A program made the translations under genes and the position numbers. From NCBI RefSeq assembly GCF_018350175.1, contig NC_058373.1:117988001-118052000 (forward strand): a stretch of 64,000 bases of DNA. Reading direction: 5' to 3'. Shown here piece by piece: positions 23,101 through 35,800 of the stretch; position 1 is the first letter of the stretch; every line of letters starts with the position of its first letter. This stretch comes from Felis catus (Eukaryota). The notes below the pieces were generated by a model that saw nothing but the letters and a program-made list of their open reading frames with translations, was not told where the DNA came from and searched no databases.

Positions 23101-26100
23101 GCAAGAAATCTCCCACCCCCCTTTTCTTACCTGCAAAGTTTCATCAGTGATTCTCACATCTTGTCCTTTCTCAGAAGAATCTTGGGAAGTGGCATGAAAT
23201 GGTTTCAGTAAATACACACTCATGGGTATATTTTAAATAGAAAACCGAGGGATATGGTTTGGATATGAGGATTTCCTGCATCCCCTCTGGGGATTACATC
23301 CCAGCACATTTCAGTGGTTTATGGGGGCCCCGGGGTCACTAGTAGTCGAACAGAAAGCAGACCTGAGTGACCAGTGCCATTCTTGTGTTCACTAGTGGGG
23401 TGGCTTCATCTCCCCAGGCATAAATTGATGGGGAGTCTGGACGTGGGCACCAAACCAAATTCCTAGCTCACACGTTCTTTCTTGTGATGGACTTTTCCTC
23501 TTGCCAAGAAGAGGAGACCATTAGAACTTTATGCATATAGTTTCTGCCAACTTAGTACGCTTGCTTTTTCATTACATCCTGTGGAACTGAAAACATTCTC
23601 CATTATCCCATAACATAAAACTTCATTACTCTTCTCTTCTCTTTTAATTTAGAAAATAGCCAGGATGGGCTTTAATGCATCTTCATTGCTCCAAAAAAAC
23701 AAGCTGGGTTTTCTCAATGCCACCAGTTATTGCCGGTAAGACAATGCCTCGTTGTTAAGTTTTCTTCATGAATATTCTTTTCCTATTTCTTATTTCCATG
23801 GTCCAAGAAGTCAGTCAGGATGAAGTACATAACCACTCTGTGAGGAGTCTTCACAGTTGGGAGAGGGGGGCTCAGCTCACAGCCTGCCTTCTGCTGCTAA
23901 AACCAGCCCTGAGTGAAGCATTCTCTCTGTAGAGCAAGGGAAGTGGCTCATGTAGGAAGCCAAAGAGAGAGAGGGGATCTAGGCAGAGAAACTGAGCAGA
24001 AATTTCTCAAGATGTTTCCTCTGTGTTACTTGAAATCATTTTTAGTGTAATAGGAGGCCCTATAGCTTCATTCCCATGCGATTTCTGCTCCCTTCTCCTC
24101 TTCCAGCAAGTTGTCACCCAAAATAGAGCATTAAACAGATGTATGTGTTCTAAACTTTATACACTTGTAATGTCTGATATAATTCTAACTAAAACCCTGT
24201 GAGCTAGGTTGATATTTCCCCCAGTTTCCAGAAGAGACTGAGGCTTAGAGTTGATTGACTGGCTCAAGGTAAAGCTAGAAAGGGTGGAATTGTCTGACTC
24301 CCAACATCTGAGCTCCTAACCCCTACATTCTGCTGTCTCCCTGCTGTGCACGGAACTCGTGTTATGAAGAAACAACTTGAGTTTGAGTGCCTTATAGCAC
24401 TTACCATGGAACAAGGCCCCCTTCAGGGAAGGCCAGCCATGCAGGAGGTATCCGCCAGGTCGGGTCGGGTATGCCTCTCCAAATTTCCCTCCTGAAAGGG
24501 AAAGGAATTAAAGGTCTAGGTAGAAATACCTCTGTTCACCCTAAAACATGCTTTGTTCTTAGTGGCGTTGCGGCCATGATGTGGAGAGAGAAGGGGGTCC
24601 ATACCTGGTTCTTGCTAGCTGGGTGCTCTTTGGCCTGCTGTTTCTTGCATTTTTCAGGCAAGTTCTTTTTGTCTCAAGAAAGAGTTGTACTAGATGATCC
24701 AAGAAAGAGTTGTACGAGACGATCCAAAGACAGATTGGTCTTGTTCATCTTCCTTTGACCCTATGAATGGGCCACCCATTTCTTGGCCTTAGTTTTCCTA
24801 AGAGTTCTACAATTGAGGTTATTTAGGACCCGACTCAACTCCATTGCTGAGAATTACTTCGGAGGAGAAGTGGCTGACTAGGGGAGGCGGTCTCCAGGGT
24901 GTGGGCCAGGGCAGAGGCTCTGAGTCTGCTTCACGGGTGTCTCGTTACGACATCCATGCCCTCCCCGTCCCTCTTTCCCTCTGCAGTTTAGCTCATGAGC
25001 TGCGAGTGAGCTGCATGCAGAGGAAAAAGGTCCAGATTCAGAGCTCGGATCCCTCCGCTTTGGCAAGCGACCGATTTAACCTCATACTGGTGAGTGGGAG
25101 GGAGCGCCCTGCGGGTGCCAGAGGTATAGCTGCTGTCCCCGGACACTGCATGGCTTAACATTGGCTTTCATTGGGGCTAGCCGTGCGGAAGCCAGTGCCA
25201 CAAAAGCAAGTGGTGTCCTCTTGGTTTTATGGTACTAACCAGTGCCTACTGGCTACCTGCTGGCAGGCGCTGAGCTGGCAGGGCAGGCTGTGCCGACCAT
25301 CGTCACCCCCACTATAGCTCTTGTCATCTAATCTGAGAGCCTCAGCCCACCCCACGTTGAGAACTGTCACAATGTAATTTTCCCTTTGGTGTGTTGTCTG
25401 CAAATTGAAAAGGTACACAGTGGACCAGGGGCTTCTAATCCTTTCTATACTGGGCATAATCTGGTGGTCAGACCTGAAGCACCAGTATCCTTTAGTAGCG
25501 ACTATGTGTTATTCCCTTGCTTGCTGGCTCTGACCTCAGTGGCAGGGTCCTATAGGGTCTGTGCTCCTGGGCCTGCACGTCCAGCACAGCTCTGTCATGT
25601 CCTTTACAGGGAGCAGAGCATCTTCTCTGCTTTAGGTTAGACCTGGGCTGGAAGCCAAGGTTAAGGCCAGAGATTGCTGGAACCTAGGGTTCAGGGAAAT
25701 GTTGGCAGAGGACCGAGAGTCCACTGCAAACAGAAGGCGATACACCACTGAGTTAGACCAGAAGCTTGAGACCACAGGAGATCATGGCCTGTCCTGTAAG
25801 CCCTGTCCTTCCTGGAGGCCAGGAGAAAGCTGAGAATTCGAGAAGGACACAAAATGAAAAACCTCAGCCTGGTGGTCTGCTGAAAGGACTGAAATCTGAA
25901 GCGACAGTGCTCACCCTTGAGGTCTCGCCCCAGGAGACCTCAACAGGAGAGCCCTTCTGCAAGGGGCATTCCAGGACTTGTGTTCTCTCCTGGCTTTACT
26001 CTCCCGTGTGTTTGGGGGCACAGTTTGACCTGAATCGCTGGAAAACTTTCTTGCAGTACTTTCCCCTCAGGAGCTCCTTCCCTGGGGTTCTTCCATAAAA

Positions 26101-29100
26101 TTGGGTGGTGATGCCTGTGCTGTTGAGTATGGCCTGAGCCCCTGGTCCTCCTACTTCATCTCACACAAGGCTGGCACTAGTGCTCAGATCTTCCCAGTCA
26201 CCCAGGGTTAGACGTGACTGGCTGGCTGTGTGACCAGAGTATTGGGAAGGGAGCTTTGCCACCCAGAGATCAGCTTTTCAGATCTGATTCCAGTCTCTGT
26301 CATGATTCTTCAGGAAACTGTGCTTTCCAAGTAAATTTGCAAAGTGAATACAGTTTCACCAACATCCAAACCCATGTATGTGTGTATGTTGTATTTATAA
26401 GTATACATAAAACACTTAAATATGTAGGGTTTTGCTTTGAAATAATTATTAACTACATTAAAAATTTGTTTTAATTTATTTTAATGTTTATTTTTGACAG
26501 AGAGGGAGACAGAGCGTGAGCAGGGGAGGGGCAGAGAGAGAGGGAGACACAGAATCAGAAGCAGGCTCCAGGCTCCGAGCTGTCAGCCCAGAGCCCAACG
26601 CAGGGCTCAAACTCACAAACCGCGAGATCATGACCTGACCCAAAGTCAGACACTTAACCGACTGAGCCGCCCAGGTGCCCCTAAAAAATTTTTTTTAATG
26701 TCTACTTATTTTTGAGAGAGAGAGAGTACAAGCAGGGGAGTGGCAAAGAGAGAGGGAGACACAGAATCTGAAGCAATCTCTAGGCTCTGAGTTGTTGGTA
26801 CAGAGCCCGATGTGGGGCTCGAACCCACAAACTGTGAGATCATGAACTGAGCTAAAGTTGGACGCTTAACCAACTGAGCCACCCAGGCCTGGCCCCTTTA
26901 ATTTTTTTTTAACATTTATTTGTTTTTGAGAGAGCAACGGAGTGCAAGGCGGGGAGGAGCAGAGAGAGAGACACAGAATCCAAAGCAGGCTCCAGGCCCC
27001 GAGCTGTCAGCACAGAGCCCAACGTGGGGCTCAAGCTCAGAACTGTGGGATCATGACCTGAGCCAAAGTTGTACACTTAACCGACCGAGCCACCTGGGCG
27101 CCCCATAGTATTTTCTATTGTAATTTTTTCCTACAATGCAGTGGGTTTTTGTTTTTTGTTTTTTGTATCTCATTGAGGGGGAAAGTGCCCATGTAATGGG
27201 AATCCAGTTTTGTTTCCTCCTTTTACCCCTTCACAGTTATAACTAGCATTTTCCACATCGTTGTATGGCTTTCATGATGGCTGCGTGTCACCATGTGGCT
27301 CTTCCGGATGGATGTAGGGACTCTGCCAAACCCAGTTCTGAGTGGAGTCACTGTGCAGACCTCATGCCTCTTGACAGTTCCCCCTCATCGCCTTCACCCC
27401 CACTCCTGGACTGCGAGATCAGATGCCTGTTAGCTTTGCCCAGTGACAGCTGGACTGAGTAGGTGCAAGTCAGGTTACCTCCATGCTCCCTCGTGGGTGG
27501 GAGCACACACCAAGTGAAAATGCTCAGAGCATGGGATCTAAGACAGATGGCAGGTGGTCTTAGGCAGCTCACCTGGCTCAGCCTGGGAGGTCACCTATGG
27601 TCTCCTTTCCCCTCCAGGCCGATACCAACAGTGACCGGCTCTTCACGGTGAATGATGTCAAAGTCGGAGGCTCCAAGTATGGCATCATCAGCCTGCGTGG
27701 TCTGAAGACCCCCTCGCTCAAGGTGCATATGCACGAAAACCTCTACTTCACCAACCGGAAGGTACGTTGCCTTTCCCATTAGCCTCGCGACCCCCTTTGC
27801 CTTGGATGCAGGGGGCCTGCAGTAGTTGGCCCAATTTAGAGTAGAGGAGAGAACCTTGGGTACCTTATTTTACCAAGAGAAAATGGAGTTTTAGATCTTG
27901 ATAACCTATAAGGGAAGAAAAGGGCCTCAGGAGTTTCTTCTCTTAGAAGAGAAATAACTGTCAATAGTTGGGAGAAGGCATGAAACTTCTTTAGGCTTGA
28001 GAGGCTTCTTTAACTGCTTATACAGACCTTCCCTCCAGAGGATCGAGGTGACCCGAAGGAGCCTGTGCCAGGCACCGAGTTCCTGGGCAGTGGGCTGTTG
28101 TAATCTTTGTGGATAGTCCTCCAGTGCATCAGTCACTCAGCCAGTCTGTGGCCTACCCAGAAGTTACAGAAATAAAAAGAGGTTACATAAATAGAATATA
28201 CATAAAGATGAGAGGTTACATAAATATAATACAGCACAGCTTGCCGTCTAGGGAGCAACCTTTAAATTGCACTTGGGTGATGGCTGCATGTGTAAAAAGC
28301 TGTGTGACATTCTATTCATTTGGGACATGAGCCACAAGATGGATACAGGTTGAAAATGGTTTCTGAATGAAATGAAATACAGTATGCCTTTCAGAGTTGG
28401 GTTTTGTCCCCTTCTGTTGCCGAGAACCCGTCCCCAAACCAGAAAGTTACTAGATGTTTCACTGTGAGGTCCATGCTGACGACAAAGGACCAAAGCCTGG
28501 GGGTTACTTCCTCCCTGTTCCTCTCAAGGCGCTACATGGTGGAGCAGGGAACTTCCTTGTTCTGACGCTTGTTCCAGCGTCTTTAAAAGGAGTGAGACCT
28601 GAAAAAAGAAGCCCCATGTCTGTATCCCTACTAGTTATTCCATAGGCAGGCATTGTCTATTTCTCTCCATGAGTTGGCAGTCAAACCAGTCTTTCTGTCT
28701 TGCTGTGTGTTTCCTCACCAGGTGAACTCTGTGTGCTGGGCCTCGCTGAATCACTTGGATTCCCACATTCTGTATCTTTTGGCAGACGAAGAGGTTTGGT
28801 GGGCAGGCCAGGCCCTGATGAGGAGCTGAGTGTCTGTGGGGTTTGTGAGGTGGCGTCCTAGGGGCCAGAGGTCTGCACCATTTTGTGTGCACATCTCACC
28901 CTTTAGGAAGGAGCATTGCAGCTAGGTAGAGAACAAAGATTCCCATGGAGCACAGAGAAGTAGTCGAGGTCCCAGGGTGACATTGATGTCACTATGTGCC
29001 ATCACTGTTAAGATCTGTAAAAGAACTGGGGCGCCTGAGTGGCTCAGTCAGTTGAGCGTCTGACTTCGGCTCAGGTCATGATCTCATGGTTCGTGAGTTC

Positions 29101-29888
29101 GAGCCCCACATCAGGCTCTGTGCTGACAGCTCGGAACCTGGAGCCTGCTTCGGATTCTGTGTCTCCCTCTCTCTCTGCCCCTCCCCTGTTCACACTCTGT
29201 CTCTCTCTCCTTCAAAAATAAATAAACATTAAAAAGAAAAAAAGATCTGTAAAAGAATAGTAAAGCCTTAGGCAGAAACCCCACATCCTCCTGAGGTGAA
29301 GGAGGAGGAACTCAGAGCTGCAGTGGTTTGAGGGTGGGCTGGACCCCTTGCGGGGGGGAAGGCTGAGGGCGTACATCAGTAAAAGGGATTCCTTTGGCAT
29401 TGGACATGAGTGTGTGGGCTCTGTGCCTGGGGTCCCTGCCAGACACGGCCTTCTTTAGAGCCCTCTTCTTGTAGCCTCTTCCCTCTCAGAGAGCAATCAG
29501 GGTTCTTCTACTAGGAGCACTGGAGCGTAGTTTCAGGCTAGCTAGACCTTTCCCCTGGAGTCCCTGAGGGCTCTTGATGCACAAGACACCTGTCTGTCTC
29601 GTGCTTCTGAGAGTAATATTGTTTGAGCCAGAGCCACACATTCATATGTCTTGTCCTTGGTTCATTTCCATAATAAATGAGTTACTGAAACTATGTGACC
29701 ACTCATTGTACCTAACACCTATTTCATGAGTTGTCACGAGGCTAATATTAATGTCTATGAATGCACTTAGCACAGTGCTTGTCACATCATGGGTCCTCAA
29801 CAAATAATGGTTTCAAAAAATTGGAACCTGTTGGGGTTTTTTAATTTGTTCTATGGCACTCTGTCTCTCTTTTTTTATTTTTATTTAT

Positions 29889-29928
<40 letters not shown>

Positions 29929-32705
29929 TGTGTGTGTGAATGGGGAAGGGACAGAGAGAAAGAGAATCCCAAGTAGGCTCTGTACTGTTAGTGCAGAGCC
30001 ACACGCAGGGCTCAAACTCACAAACCGTGAGATCATGACCTGAGCTGAAATCAAGAGTGAGATGCTTAACTGACCGAGCCACCTAGGCACCCCCACGGCA
30101 CTCTGTTTTTAAAACATTTTATTTTATTTTAAAACACTCTATTTTAAAAACACAGATTCAGGTTATACATTTTATATAAGACACACAAAATTGTGTGTGT
30201 TCTGTAAATTGAAAATTCTTTGTGGCTTTCATTTGGTGCAATTCTGTGGAAGGATAAGGCCACCTGTTACTGTGATGTTACAAGAGGACAGAAGAGACCA
30301 AGTCTTAAAGGAGAGAAAACAACCTTACTCTCATTTCTGATCTTAAAACAGGATAACATTTTCCCATGTTTCTCTCCTTAGGCTAAGGAGAGGATAAAAA
30401 TCCATATAATTGGTTTTAAAGATACGGTCTGTGGTAGCTTCATCAGCTACTTGCCCTCTGGTGATCATTTCAGGTAATCTTCAGGCTTCTGTGCACCCGC
30501 TGCTTCTGCTGAGGGTCCTGGAACTCATTTAGACCTGTCCTCTGCATTTTCCCCCCAAAGAATGGTGGGAGGTTCGATCGAAGTTGTACTTAACTGGGCT
30601 TTTCAATAACCTGTGGCCTATTAAAGGGTTAAATCTAATACTGACCCCATTAGTATCCTATAGGGTTTAAGGGTAACCTGGGTCTTAGTCCTAGTAACTG
30701 AAAGTGCATCTGGGTAAGGACTCCCTCCCCGCATCCTCACCCTCCAAACCCAGAAGGAAAAGAGGTTTCTTTAAGAAGGGCTAAAGAATCCTGGGCTGCC
30801 CAGCTCCAGTGTTATTATTTATGGCTTCAGCACTCTCCATACTGCTGTATTTAACATGAGGCTTACCACCCAAGGCAGTGTGAGGTGTACACATCACACA
30901 TTCAGACGATCAGTAATGTTACTTGATTGCTTTGCAGGTATTTACATTTTTCACTGAGGTATGTGTTCATTCCTCCAAAATCTGTTGAGTTTATATGCAG
31001 TCCCTGTGCAAGGTGCTAGAAATGGCAGCGCAGCAGGTGCTCAGTCTGTATAGTGAGTCCGTGGGGCAATTGGATGCAAGCGGGAGAAAGGGATTAGGGT
31101 GGCCTTCCTGGAGGTGATCCCACACAGAAAGGAGGGGACAGAGCTCACAGCAGAAGGAAGAAGCAGAAGGGAGCTTGCACATTGCACAGCAGTAAGTGGT
31201 CTGATGTCTGAAGTCTCTGGCAAGGTGGGGCCCTGGCTGCTGGAATGTTCTAGAAGATTGTGGCCATGGAGGTATTTCTTACAAAGTAGTGTGGGCAAGA
31301 GGCTGGCAATGGTGAGACCTCAGGCAGAGAGCTGCTGCAAACCGAGGGCAGGGGAGAGGGTGGGATGGATGAGCAGGAGTGGAGGAGAGGCATGCGTCCA
31401 AGAGGCTTAGGATCTAGGCCAGGGAATGGAGGTGGAAGAGAAGGTCTGAGGAGGGAACTCCGAGAGGGCGGTTGTGGAGGCCACGAAGGAGCATGTGGTT
31501 GGAAAGTGTCGTGTGGCCACAGGCAAGACTGGAAAGTGTTGATGGGAGTGAGAAACAGTTCGCTGGAGACCTTGGGGAGAACACCTGATTGGAAGAGGAG
31601 TGTCAGACCTGGGTTTCAGTGAGCTGAAGAGCTGAGACAGGAGGGCAAGGAGGTAGAGAAACACAGACTCCTGTTGAGAGAATTCTGCCTGTGAAGGGAG
31701 AGGAGCCAGAGCAGTCGGAAGACAGATGGCCCGGTAGACATGCGGAGGCAGTTCAAAGGAAAGGAAAATCAAATGGCTGTGATCTGATGGATCAGCACAT
31801 CCAGTTGTAGCCCAGGAAACTCCAGTTAAAATGAGATGTCACTTTATACCCGTTCAGATGAGCAAAAGTTTTAAAAGTCTGATAGTGCCCGGTTCGGCAG
31901 ATGGGGGAAACTGCTGGTCTAAGTAAATTGATAAGACCCTTTAAGTTGCAACCCCTTGTGACCCCCCAGTTCCACACTGGGTTTGGACACTAGAGGCTGT
32001 TTGCAGACTGCAAGTCGTGACCTCTGCCGTTCGTGAGCAGCACTTTTTTTTTTTTTTTTAATGAAACAGACTAGAAAATAATCGGTTCCATATTTAGTAA
32101 GAGTAAATATTTTCTAAAACTTCTGTTTCACTTATTTGCGTGAATGCAGTGCGTGGTAGCGTAAAATCAAACTCCTAGAGTGGGTTCAAGAAAACACTGC
32201 TTTAAAGCAGCCTCCCACATATGGAGCAGGACACAGGAACACTGGAGGGGATGCTCATTCCAGCAGCAGAGAAAAAAAAAAAAAAAAAACAGAACAAGTT
32301 AAGTACCCATCAGCAGATGAATTGTATATTCATCCACAGTAAAAGTGAAGGAACAGGAGCTACAAGCTTCAATACAGATGAATCTAGAAGACAGCAAGAT
32401 GGAAAAGTTGTAGAAGATACTCTAAGGAAATAGAGCATGGCCCAGACCTCAGACCAATTTTAGAATGTGATTCTGGGTAGGGGAAGCATTGGACTGGGGA
32501 GGGGTCAGAGAGTCTTTTAACTGTGACATATTTTTCCTTTTAAAACATCGGAAACTGGGGTGCCTGGGTGGCTCAGTTGGTTAGGTGTCCCACTTCAGCT
32601 CAGGTCACAATCTCACAGTTTGTGAGTTCAAGCCCTGTGTCAGGCTCTGCTGACAGCTCAGGCCTGGAACCTGCTTCGGATTCTGTGTCTCCCTCTCTCT
32701 TCCTG

Positions 32706-32756
<51 letters not shown>

Positions 32757-32795
32757 TCCCTCCCTCCCTCCCTCCCTCCCTCCCTCCCCCTCCCT

Positions 32796-32836
<41 letters not shown>

Positions 32837-35800
32837 AGTAAACAAACTTTAAAAAAAAGTTTAAAGAAAAAAAAATCTGAAACTAAATCTAGAAAATGTA
32901 AGCGTGTTAAATCTGGCTCACGGCGTTACAGTTTCTTGAAGGGTACTAATGCCCATTCTCTTCCCAGAGGAGAGCCTTGTACTTGACTGCCCTTAACAGC
33001 TTTCTAGGCTGTGCCTCATGGGAATCGCAGAGACTCCAGGCTGTGCCACCCTGCTCCCAGCATCGCTGTTTGTCAGTAGTCACCCAGGTACCGGGGCCTT
33101 TTCCTTTGGATAAGGAGGTGCTCTGAAGGAGGTCTTGGTCCCTGCCTCCTAGGAGCTGCAGTCACAAGAACGGTGTAGACTCCGTAGTGAAGGTTGGGGC
33201 AGGAGGTGTGGGGACCGCAGAGTGGGTGGGGACAGCCTACAGAAGCACAGTAGGATTCTGTAAACTGGACCCAGGATTGGTACTAGAAGCAGGTGCATCT
33301 GTACACACCCCTCCATTGACCCCTTCGTTGGGGTCACCTCAGCCAGAACAGTTAGGAAGAGTATGTAATGAGTGCAAGAGATCAGAGTATTTATTGGGAC
33401 TTCCTGCACAGACCATGCAGAAAAGCATGGCAGGTGCTGCTGGGGATGTTTGCGTTCTGTGTGCCTGAAGGCAGTTGGACTTCTCCTCCCTGGCAGCATT
33501 CTGGATATTAAGTTTTCAGTCTTTCAGAGAATTAGGATCAGTTAGACGAGGGTCAGACCTCTAAGAGTGCAGGGCTTCAGGTAGACCTGGCGTGGGTCCC
33601 GGCTCTGCCCCTTACCAACTTGAACAGATGGCTTAACTCCGTGAAGAGAACACCTACCGCAGCAGGTTACGTGGAGGGTATGAGGCACACTTAGCCGGCT
33701 GCCTGCCGTTTCATCGTACAGCAAGCTTACGTGGCAGGAGCATGTGTCATCCCGTTTTATAGATGAGGAAAGTGAGGCGAAGAGAGGTTCAGAACTTGCC
33801 TTACAAAACTAATCTGTGGTGTCATAAGTCAGGAGAGTGATTCTCTTTAAGGAAGAGTAGGGAGATGGTAATTGGGAGGGTTATCAAGGTACTGGAATAT
33901 TTTGCTTTTTGACCTAGATGATGGTATAGCTATACTTACCTTGTGCTAACTCATTAAACTATATACTTGGAATTTGTTATCAATTTTGTTATCACTTTAA
34001 AAGCTTATTTTAAAAATGTTTTCCTTGAGATCACACATCTAATAGTGTGATGTGGGATTGAAACCCTCTTGTAAAAACACCACACTGTTTCTCTGACGGC
34101 AGTTAGTAGTTCTAATGCTACTACTGGGAAGTCGGGAAAGATGTGCTCATTATCAGAATGACCACTTTTGAGCCAGGTACCCCAGTGGAGTGTCTCTTTT
34201 TTGCTACCACAAAACCCAGAATGGGGCCAAGATATAGATCCTTCTGACCAGTCATTCCTGGAGGTTTCCCAGAACTAGTGGTCACTGGCCTGGCAGCATA
34301 GAGAGGAGATCTTCGTCCCTCCAGGGCAGCGACCCTTTATAGTCACTGTTCCCGTCAACAGGAGAACGGCCCGGCATGCTCTGCAGTTTCCGGATCCCTG
34401 GGGCCTGGTCCTGTGCATGGTCCCTGAACATCCAGGCAAATAACTGCTTCAGTACAGGTGAGCCATGACTGACTCCGCAGGTTCCCAGCGTAAAGAATTT
34501 CAGACTTCAAACTCCCTGTCCAGGCTGTGAGTGATCCTTGTCTCTCTGTCCCATCCCTATTTCTATCAGGCTTGTCTCGGCGAGTCCTGGTGACCAACGT
34601 GGTGACAGGACACCGGCAGTCATTTGGGACCAGCAGCGATGTCTTGGCCCAGCAGTTTGCTCTCATGGTTGGTTGGATTGGGAAGGGGGCAGTATAAAGT
34701 TTCCCAAGATTGGAAATTTTGCTGGACTGAAAATGGATTCCTGTGTGGTATCTGGTTGTCCCTCTCTTTCAGGGGAAAAAAGGACATCAGAGAGGATTAA
34801 TGGTTTACTTGGTGATTGTATGTGCACTGGAGGAAAGTTGGCTGACTCAGAAAGGCCTGGCTAAACTGGCTTTTGGTTTTGGTTTTGTTTGGGTTTTGGG
34901 TTTTTTTTTTTTTTAAGTGCAAAAAGGTGATTTTATTAAAGCACAGGGACAGGACCAACGGCAGGAAGCTGCCTAAACTGGCTTTAAACAACTTCCTATT
35001 TAAATGAATTGTTAGTACTTCGTAAGTACTGGGATTAGCCATCAGGACAAGTAATTTTTTTGACATATAAATAAAGTCTCAATTCATAACACTAAATAGC
35101 CTCATACCTAGCTTTCAATTTACATATTTTAAATTTTAACAAAATTCTAGTCATTCCTACTTTTCAGAGACTTCCCCCATTAAAAAATGCCATCTTTGTT
35201 TAAAAGCCTGGAGGAGGGGCGCCTGGGTGGCGCAGTCGGTTGAGCGTCCGACTTCAGCCAGGTCACGATCTCGCGGTCCGGGAGTTCGAGCCCCGCGTCA
35301 GGCTCTGGGCTGATGGCTCAGAGCCTGGAGCCTGCTTCTGATTCTGTGTCTCCCTCTCTCTCTGCCCCTCCCCTGTTCATGCTCTGTCTCTCTCTGTCCG
35401 AAAAATAAATAAACGTTAAAAAAAAAAAAAAATTTAAAAGCCTGGAGGAGTGTGCAGACTGCCAACCTGCCGTCTTCTGGAAGCACAGAAGTGTTTCTGC
35501 ATGTTTCATGTTTCTGCAGCCTTCTGCCCTCTGTTTGGGACTCCATGGCTTCCCTGGATGTCTCCTCTCTCCTACTCCATACTCCCACCCTCGCTTCTCA
35601 CAAAGGACCTTCCTTGGTGGAGATAAGGCGCCATCACATGGGCTTCACAGAATGAGGCCTAAGGGTCCAGTGCAGCCAGTGGGGAGGACACTGGAAGACA
35701 CATGGGGTCCAGTTCTCTTACCCTTTCCTAAGGGTACACTGAGGCTCAAATCTTCTGGCTACACTGAGGCTCAAATCAACCCACACCTCTGATCCAGGGG

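Noticed and set aside
24675..24727. 25-bp tandem duplication (similar short ones at about 8818-8859, 28170-28230 and 41565-41600)
   Set aside because: Two-copy slippage duplications with no spacers or other array structure; not CRISPR-like.
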